The translations under genes were made by a program, and so were the position numbers. DNA of 64,000 bases from Tubiluchus corallicola (Eukaryota; Animalia; Priapulida). This document shows positions 54,555-64,000 of the stretch, piece by piece; the first letter of the stretch is position 1; the number at the start of each line of letters is the position of its first letter. The notes under the pieces were generated by a model, which worked only from the letters and a program-made list of their open reading frames with translations, did not search any database and had not been told where the DNA came from. Location: the NCBI GenBank assembly GCA_030141605.1, contig JAQGDQ010000683.1, positions 49,240 through 113,239 on the forward strand. The letters run 5' to 3'.

Positions 54555-55588
54555 ACTGATGCTAATTTGGCTAAAGCGTTGAAGCTGTAATATTTGTGTT
54601 TAAAGTTTTGTTAAAAGGTGTTTTCTGAAAGCTTCATTAGCTTGAAATAAATGACCATGTTTCCCAGTTATAAATTTTATCCTCATTTTTTTAGTGGTGT
54701 CCTCCTTGCATGCGACTGCTGCCCGAATATCGTAAAGCTTCGGTTCTGCTTGCCGGTGAGCTGATCAACTTTGGTACAGTCGACTGCACGGTACACGATG
54801 ATTTGTGTAGGACGTACAACATTAGAGCATATCCCACTACTGTGATGTATAACAAAACTATTCCGCACTCTATGAGCGGTGATCATAGCGCCCAGGAAAT
54901 TGTGGATTTTGTACAGGTAATTGTTTCACCTGTGCAAAATAGTATTACTGTGCATGCAAGTAGTGAAAATTAGTATTTGTTAGAAAACTTTGTAGAAAGA
55001 GATTACATGGCTATGTAAACTATTAAAAAAGTCATATGTAAGATCCATTGTTTTAATGTAAGAGGTAGTAATCTTACAAATTTAAAATCACAAACAACAT
55101 TTGTCGTCTTTGCGTTACGCTATAAGACGTGAAAGAAGCTGGGGGGGAGGGTGTGGGTGGGGGTGTGATCCACAAAACTTCTTATGAACTGTTTTATTTG
55201 CAAGATTATTTGTAAGAACTTTCTTAGGCTTATGATCGAATTCACAAATGTTTCGTAACCTAAATAGATTTTTAAATGAGATTGTAACTATACGAAAACC
55301 AAAACATTCGTTTAAAAAATTTTACAAAGATGTTAGTGAATTTGGCCTCTGATCCTTAATAACTTTTTATGTAAATTCAATCTTAAATTTTGATTGATTT
55401 TAATTCAATGATAAAGTGTTTGTACATTCTAGGATACTCTCAATCCGACTGTGATCTCATTAACTCCGCAAACGTTTGCTCAACGTGTAGGCCGAAAAGA
55501 GAAAGGAACAGTTTGGTTGGTGGATTTTTTTGCACCATGGTGCGGTCACTGCGTGCGCCTCGCACCGGAGTGGCGAAAAATAGCAAAG
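30201..55588 (+). CDS. DNAJC10: DnaJ homolog subfamily C member 10 (ERdj5; J-domain + thioredoxin domains), first 13 coding exons; incomplete, remaining exons not found in the window
   Basis: Exons 30201-30377, 31858-32023, 33073-33123, 41975-42060, 42851-42976, 44640-44852, 46355-46477, 47027-47116, 48365-48478, 50985-51096, 52941-53077, 54695-54916, 55433-55588 are all AG/GT with compatible phases. Signal peptide, DYYQLLG..HPDKN J-domain, [12 protein letters not shown], and CXXC motifs CSHC, WCPPC, WCGHC. Confidence 0.95.
30739..31234. mobile_element. hAT (Charlie/Buster-type) MITE, copy 1
   Basis: TIRs CAGGGGTGTGCAAATT ... AATTTGCACACCCCTG; degenerate 8-bp TSD GCGTACTT/GTGTAGTT with central TA; near-identical to 45773-46273. 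Confidence 0.85.
33600..33753 (-). mobile_element. tRNA-derived SINE head with a Meta-SINE-like central domain
   Basis: Minus strand: A-box-like TAGTCTAGTGCT, B-box GAGTTCGAACC, then CCGGGTCATACCAAAGACTTTAAAAATGGTACC. An (AAT/AAC)n tract at 33447-33500 may be the tail. Confidence 0.6.
35545..38619 (-). CDS. SETDB1: Histone-lysine N-methyltransferase SETDB1/eggless (H3K9), 1024 aa, intronless CDS nested antisense in a DNAJC10 intron
   Basis: Tudor region ([25 protein letters not shown]), MBD ([17 protein letters not shown]), Cys-rich pre-SET, split SET (KGWGLR; LDHIE..KEGYESD; [14 protein letters not shown]; ELTWDY), post-[17 protein letters not shown] 5'UTR acceptor lies at 38639 with an in-frame TAG before the ATG. 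Confidence 0.97.
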   Translation of the reverse strand: MSVNGELSDDDDELEFMLDVDNLKDAVDELLQELNFGYHCAQELAVLSSKAASLESQSGAITQKLETVSNSLEELKHEQDRLIKEQKQNDISEVKHIPDDDKEIQVLSASAFPKVLAPVSSPSLTNKQQHERDLTSPQNDVIPIGTMRAQPPPKFNLQRGPVKKKAIEISAKIFAKKVNDVWYIATVSEIRDNPKLYKVKFDGKGVKWLDGKHIAYFENPECVLPVGTRIIAAYKEDDNQPTAKNGEKKNPSQYQMYAGIIAEPPNPRNNYMYLVFFDDGYAQYSNLNEIHMVYLTSTNVWEDMYADSRDFIKEYLQQYPERPMVRLQQGQSIKVEWNAQWWTAKVLEVNASLVNMFFEADKRTEWIYRGSTRLEPLYRELMNAEVKKQQAGMKTARRHITMPKHKHTPFVEYTRGVEPKKKMLARKSTGGGPKPKSLNYEPEFPRPAYGDQHYDGSEGQRFTEKRTFSSINSVQYVRHQCSTNCIEGVNEDIANLRGKCPFLYPILCGWERQIAKKQPGPKQFVFYKGPCGRRLRSMIEVMHYLNITSSNLTIDCFSLDPGLDPFGYFMPQKSFCEIKDLSYGKESIPVPCVNGVDREYPDYIEYSKDRIPTKGVDLILSPDFLAGCDCKDECQNRNTCACHQLTITASKANSSGQANYDAGYVFRRLREPVITGVYECNARCKCSYKCYNRVAQNGLQHRLQVFKTDRKGWGLRSLNDIPAGSFICIYAGQLLTEQSANEDGNRFGDEYMAELDHIEVVEQMKEGYESDVVDPEDDDQKEESSDESACAEGTDSSYSGTGKNNVPENELSRSEKSLEGSKQKSTAEWITNLPSSQHSASNTDLSELISEPNKAEDSNSSVPHDDDSDSRVSSDKQQSAALRRSSRLSKLPDPKSKEALSGSPLKSNLSAMESSKELGRSTKERVKYKPLRSYYNEEYCFVMDAKSSGNLGRYLNHSCEPNVFVQNVFVDSQDLRFPWVAFFADRLIRAGSELTWDYNYEIGSVPGKVLYCYCGSDDCRGRLL
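38986..39555. mobile_element. Degenerate Tc1/pogo-like MITE
   Basis: TA|CAGTCAAAC.. start and imperfect inverted end ..TATAGCGAGGTTTAACTG. Confidence 0.4.
39538..40032. repeat. 164-bp tandem repeat, 3 copies
   Basis: TATAG(C/A)GAGGTTT starts at 39538, 39702 and 39866. Confidence 0.9.
43013..44163. mobile_element. Non-autonomous pogo/Tigger-like element, interrupted by a Helitron/Helentron-like piece at ~43476-43949
   Basis: TA TSDs; TIRs CAGTAGGCACTGCTTAATAGACTCA ... TGAGTCTATTAAGCGGCGTCTTCTG. Related sequence occurs at 48650-50233 and 62980-63260. The insert ends with hairpin CGCAAAA-TT-TTTTGCG then CTAG|T. Confidence 0.7.
44195..44402. repeat. (CTA)/(ACCACT)n microsatellite
   Basis: Directly visible. 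Confidence 0.95.
45773..46273. mobile_element. hAT (Charlie/Buster-type) MITE, copy 2
   Basis: Same TIRs as 30739-31234; TSD TAATAGAT/TTATAGAT. Confidence 0.85.
47203..47595. mobile_element. Palindromic MITE-like element
   Basis: AGGTCAAAGGTTAAGTGTACC (47251) and its inverse GGTACACTTAACCTTTGACCT (47536); the middle part recurs at 56625-56781. Confidence 0.55.
47686..48184. repeat. ~124-bp tandem repeat, 4 copies
   Basis: GCCAAGTAACTCACAAGCATGATCAAAC recurs at ~47687, 47814, 47936 and 48061. Confidence 0.9.
48778..49048. repeat. Compound pentanucleotide microsatellite, (TGTAA)n then (TACAA)n
   Basis: Directly visible. Confidence 0.97.
49262..50180. repeat. ~79-bp minisatellite, ~11.5 copies
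   Basis: Unit CTGTTGCTGTTGTATCACCAATGCAATGGCAGTAATACAAGCTAAAACACCGTAGAGCAACTATGTTGCCGTAGAGCAA. Confidence 0.95.
50363..50910 (-). mobile_element. 5S-rRNA-derived SINE (SINE3) with a bipartite RTE-derived body and (CAA)n tail
   Basis: TSD TAGTACAACATCT at 50350-62 and 50908-20. 5S head 50910-50793; 50677-50486 resembles RTE 5'UTR 18508-18700; 50480-50363 resembles RTE 3' end 22115-22209. Confidence 0.85.
50793..50910 (-). pseudogene. Near-complete 5S rRNA copy forming the SINE head (not a functional rRNA gene)
   Basis: CTATGGCCAAATCACGTTGAAAACACCGGTTCTCGTCTGATCACTGAAGTTAAGCAAC...GGTTAGTACTTGGATGGGTGACCGCCTAGGAATACCAGGTGCTGTAGGTTT resembles invertebrate 5S with CpG decay; the terminator is only T3. 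Confidence 0.9.
51515..51879. repeat. 31-bp minisatellite (AAGGAACCTGTTACTATAGAAACCAGTATCT), ~11 copies with one interruption
   Basis: Directly visible, period 31. Confidence 0.92.
52423..52849. repeat. (CAT)n microsatellite
   Basis: Directly visible; gives spurious poly-H/I/S ORFs. Confidence 0.97.
52994..53278 (+). repeat. 142-bp tandem duplication of a DNAJC10 exon 3' half plus donor
   Basis: 52994-53135 is repeated at 53136-53278, with a second GTGAGT donor at 53220. Confidence 0.92.
54010..54563. repeat. (ATG/GAT)n microsatellite
   Basis: Directly visible; gives a spurious poly-M ORF. Confidence 0.97.
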
Positions 55589-56061
55589 GTATTTTGCATT
55601 TACTTTTTTGGGAAATGGTATTTTAATGAATGTTCATTTTTACATTTACAAAACTATAATTCTTTTTTAGTATTTTTTTACTAATACCATGCCGGCTCTA
55701 GGTAGTTTGACACCTTTGGCAAAAGTATTTCTAGCCACCCCTTCCTCAATGGTCAATCCCTTCCCCACAGACTCCATGTATGCGAAAACAAAATTGAATT
55801 TTTGTTGCATGTGTAAAAGTTTAATGGTGCTTGTGTGTTGGGCCTATATATGTATTATAGTGTATTAATTACCTGAAGTCACTTACCTGTTAATTACCTG
55901 TCAGCTGCATGAGAAGCATTTCTACAGTTTCTGCTGTACTGTGTTCATGTACAGATTTAGATTTAGATGCTTAGATTTTTTCTTAGCTTTTTCATCTCAA
56001 AATGTTTAAAATGCTGACTGAATGTGATGCCTCTCTTTTTTAAATGCATCCATTTCATTAG

Positions 56062-56382
56062 TATCATCATCTTTATAACTGTGCAGCTCTGATCTGCTTG
56101 CAAGTACTATCATCATCTTCATAGCTGTGCAGCTCTGATCTGCTTGCAAGTACTATCATCATCTTCATAGCTGTGCAGCTCTGATCTGCTTGCAAATACT
56201 ATCATCATCTTCATAACTGTGCAGCTCTGATCTGCTTGCAAGTACTATCATCGTCTTCATAACTGTGCAGCTCTGATCTGCTTGCAAATACTATCATCAT
56301 CTTCATAACTGTGCAGCTCTGATCTGCTTGCAAGTACTATCATCATCTTCATAACTGTGCAGCTCTGATCTGCTTGCAAATA
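56062..56382. repeat. 46-bp tandem repeat, ~7 copies
   Basis: Unit TATCATCATCTTCATAACTGTGCAGCTCTGATCTGCTTGCAAGTAC. Confidence 0.93.
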
Positions 56383-56781
56383 CTTCTTTTAAAATCTTGC
56401 TGCTGTTCAATGCCCGTCAGGTTTTTTACTTTTCGTTTCCTGTATTTCACTCCCGAAGGCTCCGACAACGGAAGGAGTCAACTGCTGCGCTGTGCATGCA
56501 ATAAAAAAACTGTGGATAAGAACTTGGTAACTCATCATGTTATTTCTTACGCTTAACTTCTTAATCAACTGCCTAATTTGCCTAGTGGTAGAGCCGACCC
56601 TGCTAATGTTTTGTATAATGTATGCATCATATTTGTAAAGCAAAGCATCTGCTGCATCAGTTCAGTACCTTCAGTTGTTTTATGTAGACTTTACTTCATT
56701 ATACATTCGTCTGTGCATAGAGTTAGATCTCACTTGTGAACAAGAAAAAATGAACTAGGTAAGGTTCTAGTTAGCTGTTAA

Positions 56782-59700
56782 GAGTCATTCCGTGAGAAAA
56801 TCAGCAAAATAGTGGAAGGTGACAAATCACCGATTTTGTTCATATTCACAGGGTTTGATGGTCCCCTCAGATGTACCCCACAGCCAAAATATTAAATTTC
56901 AGAAATGAGCCGTTTCTGAGAAAAGCCGCCATTTTGATTTTTTTCGGATTTTGGCCATTTTGGCGTAACAAATTGCCCATTATTTCTCACGTTATTACAG
57001 ACAGTAAATGAGCGATCCAGCACTAGTTAATTGGTGATATATATAGTAGGGGTCTTACCCTACCGTACCATTATCGTTGCCAAATTGAACCTCCTTTTCA
57101 GTTGGTGTCATCAGATTGCAAAAGATACGTGTCTGCTGCTGCTGAATTTAGACACCATTTTGAAATCCCCATAACTCCACTGGGGCGGGTATTGGGGGAC
57201 TAATCAATATATTTTTATTTGCAGCTTGACTAGTCCTACAAATGCATGAAATAAAATTTTGGCCAGCGATCTCCCAAGAATCCAGAATTTTTAGCCAAAG
57301 TTGCTCTTTTTTGCCATTTTCACAACCTTGACCTATATTTAGCTATTCGCTTTGGATGACGGTGTTTCCATTAGAATCGATACAAAGTGCAGCAACGTCC
57401 ATGTTTATAGTAGTAATGGACTGGCTTTAGATGTCTAGGCACTCCTAGCAACCAGGCCCCTCATCAGGGGGCCCCATTCCCTTTGAAGGGCCCCTGTGAC
57501 GATTACAACATAGTGATTTGTATAATCTGTATAAAACACGGAATAGTTTCATGTACATAATAACAGTTTCGTGTACAAGTGCTCGGGCTATATACCTATG
57601 GCCCGTGGATCAATACGGGGGCCTCGGGAGGGCTCCACTGTCTTGACTGAAAAATAGACTTCAGTCAAAAAGGTTTAGTGTCGCTTTGCTAAACAAGATT
57701 CTAAAGTAAGGCGGACAAGGCGAGGCAAGGCACTATTTGTGAAATTGTGTTGAAAACGACGCGAGCATCGAATATAACATGTTGCGAGCCAATTTTTAAA
57801 ACGCGCACAGCTTTGTGTGGTCTTGTATTCAACAGGCGAGTAGCTGTCAGTCCCTGATATTTTTCCTCAAATCAATTCGAGTTAATAATTAGTTAGTTAC
57901 TAATACCCTGGAGTGGCAACTGCGACAACCAGACTTCTGCTTACTAACAACGGGCATCAACAAAAAAAAACTGGTTAAGAAACGCAGCAAAGGCCAGTAC
58001 GACCCTGCCTCGGCCGTTACATACTAATTCCGACTCTGTGCAACGTATGTTTCAAGCCATTCGCTCATATTGTATTTAACCGCCAGGTTTCCACCGTCTC
58101 GTAAAGATATACGCATATACACCGACTACCATATTCAACTAAACTCTAACGAGAATCAGGGCGCTGACGCTTATAATCGCAAATTTTCAAAATAACAAAA
58201 AGACAACAACAAATTCTTTACGTCCACGACTATTTTTTATTCGCCAATATTCAATGAAAAGTCGCACTATAGTAAATAATAATAAGCTAATAATTGATAA
58301 TACATACAGTAAGCTGCTACTATGTGTTGCTATGATAACCTCCTTATCAAAAGAGACAGAGAGAGACACAGAGAGACAGAGAGAGACAGACATAGTCACA
58401 GAGAGACAGAGAGAGTCACAGAGAGACAGAGAGAGACAGAGAGAGAGAGACACACAGAGACAGAGAGAGACAGAGAGAGACACAGAGAAACAGAAAGAGA
58501 CAGAGAGAGACACACAGAGACAGAGAGACACAGAGAGAGACAGACAGAGACAGAGAGACAGACACAGAGATAAACACAGGGAGACAGAGAGAGACACAGA
58601 GAGAGACAGAGAGAGACACAAAGAGACACAGAGAGACAGAAGAGAGACGGAGAGAGAGACACAGAGAGACAGAGAGAGACACACAGAGAAACACAGAGAG
58701 ACAGAGAGAGACACAGAGAGACACACAGAGAGACAGAGAGAGACACACACACAGAGAGAGAAACACAGAGAGACAGAGAGAGACACAGAGAGGGACACAG
58801 AAAGACAGAGAGACAGACAGAGACAGAGAGAGAGATAGAGAGAGACACAGAGAGACACACAGAGAGAGACAGAAACAGAGAGAGAGAGACACACACACAC
58901 ACACAGACATGGAGAGACAGAGAGAGACACAGAGAGACAGAGAGAGACACAGAGAGACAGAGAGAGACACAGAGAGACAGAGACAGACACAGAGAGACAG
59001 AAAGAGACACAGAGAGACAGAGAGAGAGACACAGAGAGACAGAGAGAGAGACAGACAGAGACACAAAGAGACACAGAGAGACAGAAAGAGACACAAGAGA
59101 TACACAGAGAGACAGAGAGACAGTGAGAGACACAGAGAGACAGAGAGACACAGAGAGACAGAGAGACAGAAAGAGACACACACAGAGAGAGAAACACAGA
59201 GAGACACAGAGAGACAGAGAGGGACACAGAAAGACAGAGAGACAGACAGAGACAGAGAGAGAGAGATAGAGAGAGACACAGAGACACAGAGAGAGAGACA
59301 CACACACACACAGAGACATGGAGAGACAGAGAGAGACACAGAGAGACACAGAGAGACACAGAGAGACAGAGAGAGACACAGAGAGACAGAGAGAGACACA
59401 GAGAGACAGAGAGAGATAAAGAGAGATAGAGAGAGAGAGAGACAGAGAGTGACAGAGAGAGACACACAGAGAGAGACAGAGAGATCCAGAGTGAGACACA
59501 CAGAGACAGAGAGAGAGACACAGAGAAACAGAGAGAGACACAGACAGAGACACAGAGAGACAGAAACTGTAATTTATCGTTTCTTTTTGAAATTTTCATT
59601 TTTTTATTCAGAATTATGAATAATTCGTACTAATTTTTTTCCGATTTAGGTCACATTCAAGATCGAATCTCGTCAATTTATGGACGAGCTGGCCAAAATT

Positions 59701-60183
59701 TTATTAATGATCTAAGTATGCCTGGTCAAGCTGTAAATAAACATATATTAATTATACTTCAAATACCCGCCCCAGTGGAGTTATGAGAATTTTAAAACAG
59801 GGTGTCATTCAGACGGTAGCAGACACGCATCTTTCATGAGCTCATGATACCTACTGAAAGAGAATCTCAATTCATCAAACTCAATGTGGCAATAGGGCAA
59901 GACCCCTACTATATATACCACCCAGCAACTAGTCCTGGATCATTCATTTACTGCCTGTAATGATGTGACAAATATAGGTCATTTTTCTACGTCAAAATGG
60001 CCAAAATCCGAAAAAAATCAAAATGGCGGCTTATCTCCGAAACGGCTCATTTTTGATATCTAATATTTTGGCTGTGGGGTACATCTGAGGGGATCATTCA
60101 ACCCTGTGAATATGAACAAAATCGGTGATTTGTCACCTTCCACTATTTTTTGACTTTTGCATGGTTTTCTCGCGGAATGACTC
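56782..60183. mobile_element. Non-autonomous Kolobok-like DNA transposon (3.4 kb, ~490-bp imperfect TIRs, TTAA flanks)
   Basis: TTAA|GAGTCATTCCG.. at 56778-92 and ..CGGAATGACTC|TTAA at 60173-87; inverted similarity 56782-57267 vs 59688-60183. Purine-purine termini with TTAA fit Kolobok rather than piggyBac. No transposase ORF. Confidence 0.8.
58352..59565. repeat. 1.2-kb compound (GA/CA)n microsatellite inside the transposon
   Basis: Directly visible; source of the SLSVSLC and RETER ORFs. Confidence 0.97.
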
Positions 60184-63100
60184 TTAATAGTCTCAGCAGT
60201 TTCATCAAGCTCATCCTCTTCGTCAAAAACCTTGCCGGAATTTTCTTCACTGTTGGAACTTTTTTCACCACTGGAAGGTTCATCGCAGGACACACTCAAT
60301 TCAGGCTCAAGCTTTGACTTTTCACTAATGTTATTTCCTTTATCACTCTTTAAATAACTGTTAATCGGTAATCGGTGATTGCTCTTTTCTACATGTTCAA
60401 CTTCTACTTTGTCACCTTCAATAGAAACGTCATCTGAAAAATCGCTGAGGGAGTTTTTGCTTAAATGCCGTGGCAATGTTTTATCTAAGTTCATTTCAAC
60501 ATTCTCGCCAGAGGAAGTTGCTGGCTCAGTTCCCCCAAGCTTATTATCATTTCTAAGTTCTTTATTTTTAACACCTGATTCAGAATTTATTATACTGAAC
60601 TGTGATTTTTGTTGTGGAGATATGCTACACTTCTCATAATCAGTATCTTGTTTCTTAGCAGACGCTTTTTCTTCACCTGCAGGGTATTCACATTTCTTAA
60701 AAATACTTTCTAAGCTTTCTCCTGCTGCCAAATTGCCACCTTCATCAAAATCTGATTGTTTCCTACCTGTAGGTGTGTTACCTTCTGAACTACTATCACT
60801 ATCACCCATTTCTCTGCTAATAGTTTTTCTATTAAGATTTACTTTAGTCTCGTTTTCAGCGTCAATATTACATACAGATTTTGATTCTGTATCATCTGAA
60901 GATTTTTCGTTTTCTGAGCAGCTTCTACTGATATCACCTGCTTCTTCATCATCATTAATTCTCTTTACATTGTTCTCTTCATTTAGGGCAGATTCTGTGC
61001 TTCTGCTAGTAGGTTTTAACAAAATACCATCATTACCTAATTCACCAACATTTTTGTTGTAATCCGATATCGCAAATATTCTTTCTTCAATTGTGTCACC
61101 ACTAACCAACTCACCGAACACTGATTTTAAGCTCTTTTCCTCTGGTACATTTAGTTCCTCTTCTTCCCCATCTTCTTTGTCCACCGTTGACTTTGATTCC
61201 TCCTCCTCCATTTCTATTTTTTCGCCAACACTAACAACTTCCGACTCGAATTTCTGATCAAAGTACTCAACAGAACTATGTTTTCCATATTCATAACAAG
61301 TTTCAAGTTTACTAATTTTTTCATTTTGCATTTTACCTTGTCTATTGTCTTTCAAGCTACTTTCTTCTACTTCTTGTTCTTCTTCTTCCATTTCCTCTTC
61401 GTCATCTGACGATAAATCTGACGTAATGTCTCCATGAGATTTCGACAAACATTTTTCACTTTGCAAGCCCTCTTTAGATGTGTCTTTTGATTTGTTCTTT
61501 TCATTTTCACTCATATTATCAGGTTCCTCCTTGTCATCTTCTGATGACCTCATCTCCATGACCTGATAGGAATCCCCATTTTTGTCTTCTGATCTCTCTT
61601 TAGTTTCAATGTCTGATTCTTGGGTTTCATGTTCCTCTTGTTCGTTGTCATTTTCCTCTTCCTCATCACTAGACGTAGACTCTGATTCAGTGTTCTCTTC
61701 GACTTGATCGTCACCATTCATAAGAGATTCGACATCTGTATCGTGATCAGTCATTCTTTGATCATCAATTTGAAAGATATCGAAGTCATCACTTTCAGCG
61801 TCAATTTCTTCCATTATAACGAGTGTGTCATCTAGTTTGCTTTGAGCATCATCTTTGTCTTCATCCTAAAAATTAAAATGAAATTATGAAATAACTAGTT
61901 GCAAATTCCTCCTGTCAAACATTACAGGCAATGCCCATGTGACCCACATCTAAATCGTTAAATATGAACTAGATATTATTTTTGTTAGACTCGTCCTAAG
62001 TATGAGTATGAGTGCGCAATGTGGGCAACCTTCATTACAGTACTTTCAATTTTTCCATTTCTCTCCAAAGGGCTTTAAAATATTAAAATGCCAAATACTA
62101 TCACACTTAAATTGTTCTCAACTTCTCCGTGAAAATAAATTAAATTATAACCGTGCACAATGCTTCTTTGCAGCACTAAATTTACGTAGAACATGGGCCT
62201 AAAGGAGAAATTTAAACATGATTATTAATGTGTGCTTGCAAAGCAAAATCGTCCATAAGCTGGCAATTAAGCTTTTCATCGCTCTATGTTTTTTCTAAGC
62301 TGAGATAATCCATGTTGAAGTTCAGGTGCACGCTACACACTGAAAAACGTAATCCTGAGAAAAGCGCTGTTAAAGTCAGCCATTGTTTTTTTTGTCGCGT
62401 CTCTACGAAACACATAGCAACTGTGCTACGGAAGTTACACTTAAATCCAGTAGATGGCTCTTCCTGACGAAGATCTAGTCTTGTCAACAGAAAAAATCCA
62501 AAGCAAAATGGTTGCTTCCACGAGCTACAATCGTAGTTAGAAAATACAAGTTGTTTTACAATTACAGTACTAGTTTCTAAGCAGAAAAGTGGGTAAGGAG
62601 TGATAAAATTAGACTTTTTGCATTTTTGGAAACTGAAAATTGGATGACGGCTGTATTGTTTAACGAATGGTTAGTGAAATGGTAGACAACTGTACTGCCC
62701 ATGTAGTCAGCGCATCATTGAAACACATTAAAGTTGCGTTTTGCCTGCAAACACCACATCACTTATTCAGCCCTGTGATCAAGGCATTATTCGAATACAG
62801 AAGGCATACTATAGAAGAGAAATGCAGGCGAAAGTGTTAGAAGCAATAGATTCAGACGATGCCACTGATCAATTAACCGCAAATGACCTAGCCTCCTGAA
62901 CGCTTTACATGTACTGGCTATGTCGTGGAGCAATGTAAGTGAGCAGCCAACGTTGGAGGAATTTTTGTAATATTTGCAGAGAAAAAAGAGACCTGTGTGA
63001 TTTGGAAAAATATACTTTTTAATTTATTGTTAATTCACTTATATTATATAAATTCATATTTTAAAATATTTTTTCCTGCACAAAAGAATTTAGGCATTAC

Positions 63101-63542
63101 TTCGTTTCTAAAATTGTTTAAAAGCCTTTGCAGTGCATAGTAACCTGATGACTCATACTTCTATAGCAGTAATACTACACCCATCGGTTAATAGGTTCAG
63201 TTGGTTAACTGGATCAAAACACGTCAGTCCCAAAGTGAGTCTATTAAACGGTGACTACTGTATTAATATTATGTGGATTCAAGAGTATGGTGTTATAGTT
63301 GTATTACCTTAATTTACTCACACATGTACTATATAATAAATAACTATAAACTAAATAATATACTACAAAAATACTAAAATCATTAGCACTAAGTGCTGTA
63401 TATAGTATAATCAGCTAAAAAATGAAATTTAAACCTGATAGACGTCTACAGAATTTGTTGCTTTGTCAATAGAGAAGAGTGGCTGATGCTGATCTGAAGG
63501 TTCGGTGCCAAGTACGGGTGCCATCACTTGTAAGTTGAAACT
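60060..63542 (-). CDS. Unidentified acidic/Ser-rich, probably disordered protein; antisense to DNAJC10; 3' end replaced by transposon TIR (possibly pseudogenised)
   Basis: Exon 63542-63435 (TTTTCCAG| ... CAG|GT, 36 open codons, ATG at 63524) joins in phase 0 to an exon starting at 61865 (TTTTAG|GAT GAA). That exon is open for ~560 non-repetitive codons to TTAA 60187, then runs ~40 codons into the TIR to a stop at 60060. Confidence 0.65.
62630..63260 (+). mobile_element. Decayed pogo/Tigger transposase (DDE_1) remnant with right TIR
   Basis: Broken translation WMTAVLFNEWL, DNCTAH, PANTTSLIQPCDQGIIR..KAYYRR; ends GAGTCTATTAAACGGTGACTACTG|TA, like the element ending at 44163. Confidence 0.8.
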
Positions 63543-64000
63543 CTGGAAAAGCACACGAAAAATTATTTACAACATGCTCATATAAAAAAATCACATACTG
63601 CAGACTTAGTAGCGATATGTGACAAAGACTCTGACTATCTCTCTTTCCTATCTCTCCTTGCAAAAAAAAACAAGAGCAAAGAAAGAAAGAGAATCATGGC
63701 AAACTAAGTAAAATCTAAAAAATGCAACATACATCCAAGATTCGATTGCATAGGTCAGTTTGGGCAGGTTTCAGCAGATATTTAGTGACAGCTAGCATAT
63801 CATTTCCTCGCAATTTGAGAGGCACTTCGTGCAAAAGCATAGAATTCAATTCTTCAAGCCAACGCCAAAAACGTGTCGGTGCTGGAGTATCTAAAACAAA
63901 GAAGGATAACCACATTAATTATATATGCTAGCATAACTCACTAATGGTATTTAACTGAGTGTAAAAATGAACAGCAAAGGAAAGAGAAAACGAAGACAGG

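Noticed and set aside
58187-59619. Long SLSVSLC and RETER ORFs up to 470 aa
   Set aside because: GA/CA compound microsatellite that lacks stop codons by composition.
56782-60183. piggyBac assignment for the TTAA-flanked element
   Set aside because: Termini are GA...TC rather than the pyrimidine-starting (CC...GG) ends typical of piggyBac.

Overview
This is AT-rich, intron-rich invertebrate (metazoan) nuclear DNA. Genes: (1) the last six coding exons of an SLC4/AE2-like anion exchanger (+, 808-6338); (2) a two-coding-exon CHH/ITP-family neuropeptide precursor (-, 11653-16053), only half captured by the ORF track; (3) 13 coding exons of DNAJC10/ERdj5 (+, 30201-55588, continuing past the window); (4) a SETDB1/eggless H3K9 methyltransferase with an intronless CDS, nested antisense in a DNAJC10 intron (35545-38619); (5) a second antisense, highly acidic gene (exons 63435-63542 and 60184-61865) cut off by a TTAA/long-TIR DNA transposon. 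Mobile DNA: a full-length RTE-clade LINE (18154-22209) whose 5' end folds by eye into an HDV-like self-cleaving ribozyme, a 5S-rRNA-headed SINE built from RTE 5'UTR plus RTE 3'-end sequence (50363-50910), hAT and pogo/Tigger elements, decayed CR1/L2 LINEs, and many tandem arrays, including one that repeats a real splice donor 19 times. Everything was read and folded by eye; no database searches were run.
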